From Puniceicoccales bacterium (GTDB lineage: Bacteria > Verrucomicrobiota > Verrucomicrobiia > Opitutales > UBA9783), in contig JAIRMU010000018.1 in NCBI GenBank assembly GCA_031258545.1, positions 1 through 32,000 of the forward strand: DNA of 32,000 nucleotides, given 5' to 3'. The first letter of the stretch is position 1; each line of letters begins with the position of its first letter. A program made the position numbers and the translations under genes. Below are positions 17,960 through 25,960 of the stretch, piece after piece. The notes under the pieces were generated by a model, which saw only the letters and a list, made by a program, of their open reading frames with translations, had not been told where the DNA came from and made no database searches.

Positions 17960-18357
17960 TGAGATGCACGCTACCTTCTCAAGGTATTACGCTATGTGAA
18001 ATGTGCCTTGCTCTGTTACTATTGAGCATAAGTGTTGGTGTTTTCTCCAGAATATACGCACTCCATCAACAACAAAATACGTGCATACATGAAATGCAAC
18101 TTATTCCCCTCTACGTGGACACATTTGAATTCTTTGCCCATCAAAAGCAAGAGAATATGCTGGGTGATTGGTTTGCCTGCCAGGAGCTGCATTCCAAACA
18201 ACGCATTTTTACACGCAACATTCCCAACGATGTCATTTGCCAATTTATCTTTAGGGTGTCATTGGCGCCGGTTTTTTCTTCAAAAGCTTTCGAGATTCAA
18301 ATATTTTCCATGCGTTCTAAACAAAAGCTTTTCACCTACGTTAGAGAGAATTTTTAA
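17959..18357 (+). CDS. Prepilin-type (class III signal peptide) pilin/pseudopilin-like protein
   Basis: The internal Met of the 17887-18357 ORF gives MRCTLPSQG|ITLCEMCLALLLLSISVGVF. This has a short basic leader, Gly at -1, Glu at +5 and a hydrophobic helix, which is the prepilin cleavage/methylation pattern. Its ATG overlaps the pilD TAA by 1 nt (TAATG). The rest of the 132-aa protein has no recognisable family. Confidence 0.55.
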   Translation: MRCTLPSQGITLCEMCLALLLLSISVGVFSRIYALHQQQNTCIHEMQLIPLYVDTFEFFAHQKQENMLGDWFACQELHSKQRIFTRNIPNDVICQFIFRVSLAPVFSSKAFEIQIFSMRSKQKLFTYVRENF

Positions 18358-18548
18358 TCTGTAACTTCCTGTACTATTTCTGGGTGCATTTCAATTGTGG
18401 ATCCGACGTCACAGTGTAAGTTGGGGCTTATCGTGGAACATCTCTCAAAAAACTTTAGAACGTAACGTGTGCGGACTTCACAACAATTTTTGTTAAAAAA
18501 TGGCTCGCTTCTTTTATTTAAAATGACATTACTTATCGCATTCTACAT

Positions 18549-19499
18549 ATGCAGCAATCTCACCGTCGGCTTCTCGTCATCAAACCCTCTTCTTTGGGTG
18601 ATATTATTCAAACGCTACAGGTCGTCGAGGGCGCTTATCGCATATTGCAGAAAAAAGGTATTTTTTTAGAAATACATTGGATTGTGCGCGACTGTTTTCG
18701 TGATCTACTTGCCCTATCTCCCATTATAAAACAATTGTTCATCTTCAAGAGATACGGAGGCATACGTGCTTTTATTCGACTGATGCGAGAAGTACGTTTG
18801 CACAATTACGATTATATTTTAGATTTTCAAGGGCTTTTGCGATCGGGTCTCATGACATTCTTTGCCAAAGGTGCTTGCAAAATCGGAAGAACGGATGCAA
18901 GGGAAGGGGCCTCATGGTTTTACCAAAAACGCTGCTTCCCTCAAATCAAGGATCCACATGCCGTAGAAATTTTAAAGTCTCTCTGCAACATCTTTGATAT
19001 CGATGCAACCCCCCAACGTCCGCTTACTTTTTCTCCTGTGCCTTTACCGGAAAGTTTAAGAGAAAAATCCTACGTTGCCATTTTCCCAAGCAGTCGTGCA
19101 TCGGTTAAAGAGTGGCCCCACTTTTTGGAATACGCACGTAATATATTGGAACAAACCAATATGTTTTGCGTATGGTTGGATCAAAATGAATCCTCTAAGG
19201 CAGCGCATCTTCAACACGATCGCTTCATTTACCTTGCCGGGAAAACATCCATCGAAGCTTTGCCAACCATTATTCAAAATGCCCAATGCGTGGTGGCCAA
19301 CGACAGTGGTCCCCTCCACTTGGCAGCCGCACTTTGTAAACCACTCGTTGGAATTTATGGTCCCACGGACTACAAGCGCTATGGACCTTATCCCATTGAT
19401 GATCCACAACACGGCATCTTTCAGGCTCCGTATGGAGGTCTCGGTCAAATTACGGTGCAATCCGTCGTAAAAACTACCCTACGCATGCTCAAACTATAA
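18549..19499 (+). CDS. Glycosyltransferase family 9 (LPS heptosyltransferase-like)
   Basis: 316 aa. N-terminus RRLLVIKPSSLGDIIQTLQVV and C-terminal VANDSGPLHLAAAL are GT9 (RfaC/RfaF-type) hallmarks. Confidence 0.85.
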   Translation: MQQSHRRLLVIKPSSLGDIIQTLQVVEGAYRILQKKGIFLEIHWIVRDCFRDLLALSPIIKQLFIFKRYGGIRAFIRLMREVRLHNYDYILDFQGLLRSGLMTFFAKGACKIGRTDAREGASWFYQKRCFPQIKDPHAVEILKSLCNIFDIDATPQRPLTFSPVPLPESLREKSYVAIFPSSRASVKEWPHFLEYARNILEQTNMFCVWLDQNESSKAAHLQHDRFIYLAGKTSIEALPTIIQNAQCVVANDSGPLHLAAALCKPLVGIYGPTDYKRYGPYPIDDPQHGIFQAPYGGLGQITVQSVVKTTLRMLKL

Positions 19500-19530
19500 T
19501 CTGCATGACATCGTGTGCAGTAGGGTGGCA

Positions 19531-19611
19531 CCGATTGGGATTTATGACAGCCACATGGGGGATGTTGGATAAATCCTGAGGCATCCGGTAATCCCAAATT
19601 GGCGTTTTTTT
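19531..19611 (+). terminator. Putative intrinsic terminator / structured element after the GT9 gene
   Basis: CCGATTGGGATT (19531-19542) pairs with AATCCCAAATTGG (19590-19602): 12 bp, one bulge, one G-U. It encloses an inner hairpin (GGATG 19560-19564 / CATCC 19582-19586) and is followed by T7 at 19605-19611. It begins 32 nt after the stop codon. Confidence 0.45.
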
Positions 19612-19777
19612 GAATTCACAAAATTTTTTAACTTCAAAATTTTTTCTAAAAAACAGACGCATTTGCGAAGGATGAAGTTATGTAAAAGGGGTTTTTAAAC
19701 GTGCAATCGCCTACCCAAAGCAGTCTTTCATTACTTTTTACTTTTCTTCTAAAAATAAAAGCTTAGATTTTTGGACT

Positions 19778-20068
19778 ATGGATTACGGTTGGTTATTTTT
19801 TAGTGTTTTGTTGGCCAGTTTACTCGGATTTGAACTCATTGCCAAAGTTCCGTCACAATTGCACACCCCCCTCATGTCGGGTACAAATGCAATTTCCGGC
19901 ATCACCTTAATTGGAGCATTGGTTGTCTTGTCGCAAGCGCACAGCGGGTATTTACTATTCTTAGGTTACGCAGGTGTATTTTTTGCCACCATTAACATTG
20001 TTGGAGGTTACTGGGTCACCGATCGCATGCTCAAAATGTTCAATTTAAAAAATAACCGCAAGCATTAA
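19778..20068 (+). CDS. pntAB: NAD(P) transhydrogenase alpha subunit, membrane part 2 (PntAB)
   Basis: 96 aa, three TM helices, with the motif LHTPLMSGTNAISGITLIGAL typical of the PntA C-terminal/dII piece. Confidence 0.85.
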   Translation: MDYGWLFFSVLLASLLGFELIAKVPSQLHTPLMSGTNAISGITLIGALVVLSQAHSGYLLFLGYAGVFFATINIVGGYWVTDRMLKMFNLKNNRKH

Positions 20069-20071
20069 ATC

Positions 20072-21460
20072 GTGAATGCCTCATTTCTTTACATTATAGC
20101 CGCACTTCTGTTCATTAGGGGCATTAAGCTTTTGGGCAAAGTCCACACGGCACGTTTGGGAAATATTATTTCTGCGGTTGGCATGATCGTAGCCATCTTT
20201 GCCACCATCACCGAATTCCCTCTGCAAAACATCACAATTACCTTTATCGTCACTTTGTTGGGAGCCTATGTGGGATTGTGGATGGCCATCCGAGTGCCCA
20301 TGACTGCCATGCCAGAAATGGTGGCTTTGTTTAACGGATTTGGAGGGCTGGCAAGCGTATTTATCGGTATGGTGGAAGGCATTAAATTAAGTCAATTCCC
20401 GGCCGAATATTTTGACTTTTCCCTACACTTTTCCCAAGTAGCCGTTTGCCTTACGGTGTTTATTGGCGGTATTACATTTACGGGGAGCTTGCTTGCCTAC
20501 GGCAAGTTGAGCCAAAAAATTTCAGGGGCCTCCATCTGCTTTTGCGGACAAAAGTATTACAATGCGGGTCTTGGTATTCTATCCGCCATTGCCGGTTGGC
20601 ATTGGTTAACGTCTCACGATACCGTAAGTTTCTATGGGCTTATTATTTTAAGTCTATGCGGCGGCATTCTTTGCCTACTCCACATTGGCGGCGGCGACAT
20701 GCCCGTCATCATTGCACTTTTAAACAGTTTATCGGGTGTCGCCGCCTGCACCGCGGGCCTCATTATCCTCAATAAAGTGCTCATCGTGGCCGGATGTTTG
20801 GTGGGCATGAGCGGACTTATCCTAACAATGATCATGTGCAAATCCATGAATCGTTCCCTAAAAAAGGTCCTGTTGGGGGGCTTTCAGCTTAAGCATGCAC
20901 AATCCTTGCAACCGGAGGATGTTGAACCTAAAACAACGTCCATTGCAGATGCCTACTATATCCTAGAATCCGCACGCACGATTGCCGTTGTTCCGGGATA
21001 TGGGATGGCGGTTGCTCAAGCGCAGCACGCCGTCAAAGATTTTGCACACAGATTGCAAGCCAATGGGACGGAAGTCTTTTATGCCATTCATCCGGTTGCC
21101 GGACGTATGCCGGGGCATATGAATGTGCTGTTGGCGGAAGCGGATGTCGATTACGATCAACTCATCGAGCTGGAATCCGCCAACGAACGCATGGGTGGTA
21201 CGGATGTCGCCATTGTCATTGGTGCCAATGATGTTGTCAATCCAGCAGCCGTCGAAAAGGTAGGATCTCCCATCTATGGAATGCCCATCATAGAAGTTTT
21301 CAAGGCCAAAACGGTCTTTGTTCTCAAACGCGGTAAGGGCAAAGGATTTTCCGGACTCGAAAACGCTTTATTCACCAAAGAGAACACCTGGATGATTTAC
21401 GGTGACGCAAAGGCAACGTTAATGCAATGGGTAGCTGAATTTAAAAATGTCGATGAATAA
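20072..21460 (+). CDS. pntB: NAD(P) transhydrogenase beta subunit PntB
   Basis: 462 aa with a GTG start. N-terminal multi-TM dII domain and a C-terminal dIII NADP(H) domain ([15 protein letters not shown]...[18 protein letters not shown]...[11 protein letters not shown]). Confidence 0.9.
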   Translation: MNASFLYIIAALLFIRGIKLLGKVHTARLGNIISAVGMIVAIFATITEFPLQNITITFIVTLLGAYVGLWMAIRVPMTAMPEMVALFNGFGGLASVFIGMVEGIKLSQFPAEYFDFSLHFSQVAVCLTVFIGGITFTGSLLAYGKLSQKISGASICFCGQKYYNAGLGILSAIAGWHWLTSHDTVSFYGLIILSLCGGILCLLHIGGGDMPVIIALLNSLSGVAACTAGLIILNKVLIVAGCLVGMSGLILTMIMCKSMNRSLKKVLLGGFQLKHAQSLQPEDVEPKTTSIADAYYILESARTIAVVPGYGMAVAQAQHAVKDFAHRLQANGTEVFYAIHPVAGRMPGHMNVLLAEADVDYDQLIELESANERMGGTDVAIVIGANDVVNPAAVEKVGSPIYGMPIIEVFKAKTVFVLKRGKGKGFSGLENALFTKENTWMIYGDAKATLMQWVAEFKNVDE

Positions 21461-22478
21461 GCCATCCACAAAGCTCAATCAAGCCAATTTATCGGAAGCA
21501 ATCTCGTTGCGACCTTTGTCTTTTTCAGATTTCATTGGACAATCCAAGACATTGGAACGATTAAAAATTATGGTCGGCGCTGCCCGCCAACGGAAGGATG
21601 CCCTCAATCACATCTTAATCAGCGGCCCTCCCGGTCTCGGTAAGACGACGCTGGCCCACATTTTGGGAAATGAAATGCAAGTGCACGTACACATTTCATC
21701 GGGTCCCGTGATAGAAAAAGCAGCCGACTTGGCAGGATTGCTCACCAATTTAGAAATCAATGACATTTTATTCATCGACGAAATTCATCGAATTCCGAAA
21801 GCCGTGGAAGAATACCTTTATTCGGCCATGGAAGATTTTCGCATCGATGTTATGATTGATCAGGGTCCCAATGCACGCAGCGTACGCTTATCCATTCCCA
21901 AATTTACGCTCATTGGAGCCACAACGCGTGTAGGCTTGTTGACGGCCCCCCTACGCAGTCGATTCACACTGCAAACGCGTTTAGATCATTACGAATGTCA
22001 AGATTTATCTAAAATTGTTGCAAGAACCGCTCAAATTTTGGCCATCCAATTGACCGAAACGGGGGCCAAAGAAATTGCATCTCGATCGAGAGGAACCCCG
22101 CGTATTGCCAATAATTTAGTTCATTTCGTCAGAGATTACGCTTCTCAAAAAAATAATGCAGTCATTGATAGGCAAGTGGCTTCGGCGGCCCTGCATCTGC
22201 TGGATATAGACGAATGTGGATTGGATGAGATGGATAAAAGAATTTTATCGACCTTGGCGAATAGCTTTCAAGGAGGCCCCGCAGGTGTTCACACGCTGGC
22301 CGTCGCCATTGGTGAGCAGGCAGATACGTTGGAAGAAGTCCATGAACCTTTTCTCATTCAAGAGGGATATTTGCAAAGAACACCTCAGGGACGCCAATTG
22401 ACCGCTAAGGGTTGGCAGGCAATTTCGATGCAAGTACCGCAGCGAGATTTACAGTTGGAACATCCCGTGGTAGGATAG
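21447..22478 (+). CDS. ruvB: Holliday junction branch migration helicase RuvB
   Basis: 343 aa. [12 protein letters not shown], Walker [14 protein letters not shown], Walker B LFIDEIHR, sensor [10 protein letters not shown], and a C-terminal winged helix. Overlaps pntB by 14 nt. Confidence 0.95.
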   Translation: MSMNKPSTKLNQANLSEAISLRPLSFSDFIGQSKTLERLKIMVGAARQRKDALNHILISGPPGLGKTTLAHILGNEMQVHVHISSGPVIEKAADLAGLLTNLEINDILFIDEIHRIPKAVEEYLYSAMEDFRIDVMIDQGPNARSVRLSIPKFTLIGATTRVGLLTAPLRSRFTLQTRLDHYECQDLSKIVARTAQILAIQLTETGAKEIASRSRGTPRIANNLVHFVRDYASQKNNAVIDRQVASAALHLLDIDECGLDEMDKRILSTLANSFQGGPAGVHTLAVAIGEQADTLEEVHEPFLIQEGYLQRTPQGRQLTAKGWQAISMQVPQRDLQLEHPVVG

Positions 22479-22483
22479 TGGAT

Positions 22484-22505
22484 ATTTATGTGGGCGTGGG
22501 TAAAG
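22484..22505. repeat. Imperfect 22-bp direct repeat, copy A (ATTTATGTGGGCGTGGGTAAAG)
   Basis: 19/22 identity to copy B at 22663-22684, aligned by eye. Confidence 0.6.
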
Positions 22506-22662
22506 ATGGGTTATCTAATATGGCTTTGCTTGTATATCCCTGAAAGTAGCGTCAAGCAACTTGCGCAGGAAAACGTTTAACCACGGTGTTACTTCCCAAG
22601 CTTGACGGATGTTTATTTGAAGTTATCCCAGAGCGTAACAAAATATGGGTGGAACAATGGAC

Positions 22663-22684
22663 ATTTAGGTAGGCGTGAGTAAAG
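22663..22684. repeat. Imperfect 22-bp direct repeat, copy B (ATTTAGGTAGGCGTGAGTAAAG)
   Basis: 19/22 identity to copy A at 22484-22505, with 179-bp spacing. Lies inside the putative IS200 relic, distal to the tnpA 3' end. Confidence 0.6.
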
Positions 22685-22730
22685 GACCCCTTGGCAGAGC
22701 AGCGAAATATTATGTAAAGAGTATGAGCTA

Positions 22731-23131
22731 TTAATTGTTACCAAGTTGTGTATAATCCGTGCCTTGGGTTTTGATATAATTGGATATTACTTGCTCATTG
22801 CCACATAGTTACGAAATATTCACTCGTCCCAAAAGCACCACTCGCAGTTGTTTCTTTATCCAGGACAACGTTTAAAAATTTCTTTCGCCCTAATACTTTT
22901 GATAATCGTAACCCATTTCGTCGCGCCGTAAACCGGGCTACTTTGCACATGACATTTATCACTACCCATTTCCCAAAAATGCACTTCGTAAGGCGCTGCC
23001 ATCCCTTTGCGTATGCTCACACACCCTGTTTCAATTTTTTTGAACAACACCGTTTGGCGGTATTTAGCAGCCAAGACAATAGTATAAATTAATACACTTA
23101 CATTGTGGCTCTTGTACAAATACTCGCTCAC
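22731..23131 (-). pseudogene. tnpA: Degraded IS200/IS605-family transposase TnpA (Y1/HUH) pseudogene
   Basis: Three colinear pieces in different frames resemble TnpA. (1) 23131-22856: YKSHNVSVLIYTIVLAAKYRQTVL...YEVHFWEMGSDKCHVQS...IIKSIRAKEIFKR; compare YKS.HN..Y.CKYHIVW.PKYRRKVL...IEM..D.DHIHIL...IK..KGRSSR. (2) 22860-22795: SGAFGTSEYFVTMW; compare LW..SYFVSTVG. (3) 22799-22731: NEQVISNYIKTQ; compare vvkqYIenQ. The HUH motif reads CHVQ and the YHIV motif reads IYTIV. Confidence 0.7.
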
Positions 23132-23218
23132 CTTGTTATTCTAGCACACGTCGCAAACGGCGGGGTATTTACCCGCGTTGTATAATGAAAAATACCTGGG
23201 ATTTGCATAGCGCACCAA

Positions 23219-24340
23219 CTACAATATCCATTGGTAAGGGCAACGAGATAATAATTGGCAACCCGTCGAAGTAACTTGGACAACGTCTTCGATGCGAACA
23301 CCCCCCCCATCACGAAAGTAGAGGCCGGGTTCAATCGTAAATACCATATTGGGTTCCAATACGACGGCATTGATTCCCACCGAAGGGTATTCGTGCAAGC
23401 CCAAGCCGAGTCCATGTCCTACGCTGTGAATAAAACCTTCGCAAACATCGTTTGTTTTCCGCAGACCAAAACCGTTCTGTTCGAAATAATCTTGCGCGAA
23501 CTGCATCAAATCTCTGGTGTTAACGCCGGGCCGAATACGCCCGATAAGTTCCCTTTGACAAGTCTGGACGCACGAAAACAACTGCTTCTGTCGCATGGAG
23601 GCAACACCTTTTAAAAAAGTTCTCGTCATGTCTCCATAATAACCGCTCTGATTCAATCGGGGAAAAACATCTATCACGATGAATTCATTCGCGTACAATG
23701 GTCCCATACCTTCGCAGTGAGGATCCGCTGCCTGTTGGGCACAACTGACAATTGTTCCCGCGCAATATCCTCCTTTCTTTAGGCAATAGCTTTCGATGGC
23801 ACTGCGCAAACGTTCGGAAGTTAATATTTTTCCCCGATAATATAAGAGAGACTGGGTGGTGTCCGCACAACTTTTCTTTAAAATCGCACGTGCATACAAA
23901 ATAGCTTGGCTCGTCAATTGACACGCGGCTTTGATGTGTTCCACTTCAGCTTCCGACTTGAACTGACGTTGTGTCTGAAAATAATCTGTATCAAATTTTA
24001 TGGGAACAAGTTTTTTTAAAGTTTCATACAAATGGGCAGGGAAATCATCCGGAACGATGAAAACAGAAACCCCGTATGCCTTTTGTAGGTACAAAATAAT
24101 TTTACAACAATTATCCACAATCGACGGATTCGTAACCGCTTGCAGTATATCCGACCACAGTAGAACTTCGGAAAACGTGCTCTCTTTTTTGCATCGCCCA
24201 TATTCCAATGTAGAAACGACGGCGATGGTTTTTTCATTTATTTTAAGCGCGAAAAATGGGTCTGGCGCCCTAAAGTGCCCCCAGTAGAATAAATTTGGGT
24301 CCCGATCTGAAGACGCGTAAATGAGATAGGCTTCGGTCAT
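23219..24340 (-). CDS. M24B family metallopeptidase (Xaa-Pro aminopeptidase/dipeptidase)
   Basis: 373 aa. Pita-bread fold metal ligands in VIDVFP...GYYGDMTRTF, HSVGHGLGLGLHEYP, TIEPGLY and VRIEDVV. A creatinase-like N-terminal domain is present. Confidence 0.85.
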   Translation of the reverse strand: MTEAYLIYASSDRDPNLFYWGHFRAPDPFFALKINEKTIAVVSTLEYGRCKKESTFSEVLLWSDILQAVTNPSIVDNCCKIILYLQKAYGVSVFIVPDDFPAHLYETLKKLVPIKFDTDYFQTQRQFKSEAEVEHIKAACQLTSQAILYARAILKKSCADTTQSLLYYRGKILTSERLRSAIESYCLKKGGYCAGTIVSCAQQAADPHCEGMGPLYANEFIVIDVFPRLNQSGYYGDMTRTFLKGVASMRQKQLFSCVQTCQRELIGRIRPGVNTRDLMQFAQDYFEQNGFGLRKTNDVCEGFIHSVGHGLGLGLHEYPSVGINAVVLEPNMVFTIEPGLYFRDGGGVRIEDVVQVTSTGCQLLSRCPYQWIL

Positions 24341-24580
24341 GTAATTTTAGGTTATCCGTCATGAGAAAAAATGCAAGCCATGTTATGGTAAATAGAAACT
24401 TATGGAATATCCCTCGGGGCCTGCAGGTCCGATGGGCCTTACGAGGCCATCGGGAGTTGACCTGTGCATCTTGTCATCCTTGATGTGCAACATAACAAAA
24501 TATATATTGCAGCCCAGTCAATGTCTACGCTGCGGACAAAGTAACTCGGTATCCAATAATATTTTTCTCCCAAAATACCT

Positions 24581-25960
24581 TTAATCTGTTGGGATACAGG
24601 TTTCTAGATGATAGCGGTGACTCCCTTTCAGGAAAAAATATGCACATGGCAATGTTAGCAGAAATGCTTTTACCTCTCGGGTGGTTTTGAATACTTTTAT
24701 GTGAGTATTTTGTACATTTTGGGCCAAAAGCCCAGTTTTTATGTCATCCGTAAAGTCGCCAATGAGTACAAAAATATCCTGCGATGTGTGTTGTATCGAC
24801 TGGGCAATTTGGCGGTGATAAAATGGGCTCTTGGCGCCAAGTTCTGCCATGGACCCCAGGATATAACAGCGAGGAATATGGGAGGAGACTTCTTGCTGGA
24901 AATGTTGTAAACTGTCTGCGAACGACAAAGGATTCGCATTGTAGCAATCCACAAAGTAATGTTTATGGTCAATGTGTATCCACTCTCCACGTTGCCGAAC
25001 CGGCGTCCATAGATTTAATCGTTGCTGGAGAATATCGGCAGGAATCTTACATTTTATGGCAGCGTGCAGCATGCTGACAAATGTGTAAAGCTGGCCTGTG
25101 CCTACGCGAAAGGGTAACGTAAAAATGTGATGACAAGTGTCGTCGTATAATTGAACTTGCCATCCGTAAGGCATTGCTTGGGCCGTGTAACATAAATGGT
25201 GGATAGGACTTTTATTTGAAATATGCTGAGGTGTTGCCTGGGTAATGGCATATACTTGACAATCATGCGGTGGCATAAGATACTTTAGCAATGCATCGGG
25301 CAGAAAAATGTTGTTTTTCGAAAATTGAAACAGGGTCATTTTTTCCTTAACCAGTTGCGCAATATCATCGTTAAAATTTCCTATGTGTGCAGGTCCAACG
25401 TTGAGTAAAATGGATGTGTCAGGGCATACCATTTTAGCCAATGTTTCCATTTCATGGGGTTTACCGATGCCAATTTCAATGACCGCCTGTGCGTGCTGAT
25501 TTGGATCGATTTGTGTCAGCGATAGGGGAACGCCCAACTGATTATTGAAGTTGTCGGGAGTTTTAAATGTTTTTTCATGGTTTAATAGGAGGGCAAGCAG
25601 TTCTTTGGCCGTTGTTTTTCCACAACTGCCCGTGATGGCAAAGATTTCTGTAGAAAGCGTATTGCGATAACGAAAAGCAATTTGCTGCAGTGCTTGCAGG
25701 GTATTGGATACGATTAATTGGGGGATGGAGCAGGATACTTTACGTTCCACAATGGCGGCAACAGCGCCCAATTGTTGTGCCTGTTCCACGTAAGCATGTC
25801 CATCGTTGCAATCTGTTTTAAGGGCAAGAAAACATTCATTCGCCTTGAGTAGGCGTGTATCAAAGCAGAAATTTTGAAGGGTTCCCGTAGGAAGGTGTGT
25901 CCAAGTACCTTGGGTCCACTGGGCCAAATCTATGGGATTAAACCACTTGCAAGCTATCAT
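24581..25960 (-). CDS. murF: UDP-N-acetylmuramoyl-tripeptide--D-alanyl-D-alanine ligase MurF
   Basis: Mur ligase P-loop ITGSCGKTTAKELL, with an N-terminus FDTRLL...ECFLALK...DGHAYVEQA typical of MurF. The track ORF begins at 26113 inside murE. Met52 (MIACKWF..., ATG at 25960) gives 459 aa and a 23-nt overlap with murE. Met39 (25999) is an alternative. Confidence 0.9.
   Translation of the reverse strand: MIACKWFNPIDLAQWTQGTWTHLPTGTLQNFCFDTRLLKANECFLALKTDCNDGHAYVEQAQQLGAVAAIVERKVSCSIPQLIVSNTLQALQQIAFRYRNTLSTEIFAITGSCGKTTAKELLALLLNHEKTFKTPDNFNNQLGVPLSLTQIDPNQHAQAVIEIGIGKPHEMETLAKMVCPDTSILLNVGPAHIGNFNDDIAQLVKEKMTLFQFSKNNIFLPDALLKYLMPPHDCQVYAITQATPQHISNKSPIHHLCYTAQAMPYGWQVQLYDDTCHHIFTLPFRVGTGQLYTFVSMLHAAIKCKIPADILQQRLNLWTPVRQRGEWIHIDHKHYFVDCYNANPLSFADSLQHFQQEVSSHIPRCYILGSMAELGAKSPFYHRQIAQSIQHTSQDIFVLIGDFTDDIKTGLLAQNVQNTHIKVFKTTREVKAFLLTLPCAYFFLKGSHRYHLETCIPTD

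Larger units (their letters stand above)
22479..23218 (-). mobile_element. IS200-like insertion sequence relic filling the ruvB / peptidase intergenic region
   Basis: The 740-bp gap is about the size of a tnpA-only IS200 element and contains the tnpA pseudogene. An imperfect hairpin (about 23156-23179, AACGgCGGGg-tattt-aCCCGCGTT) sits upstream of tnpA, where IS200 left-end hairpins lie. The true element ends are not determinable from one copy. Confidence 0.45.

Noticed and set aside
23128-23415. 95-aa minus-strand ORF bridging the peptidase 3' end and the IS relic
   Set aside because: It overlaps the M24 peptidase coding sequence out of frame, and its remainder is IS-relic upstream sequence. 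No homology was recognised.
24402-24584. 60-aa plus-strand ORF across the murF / peptidase spacer
   Set aside because: Its openness is caused by the GC-rich structured island. It has no start context or motif and sits between two minus-strand genes.
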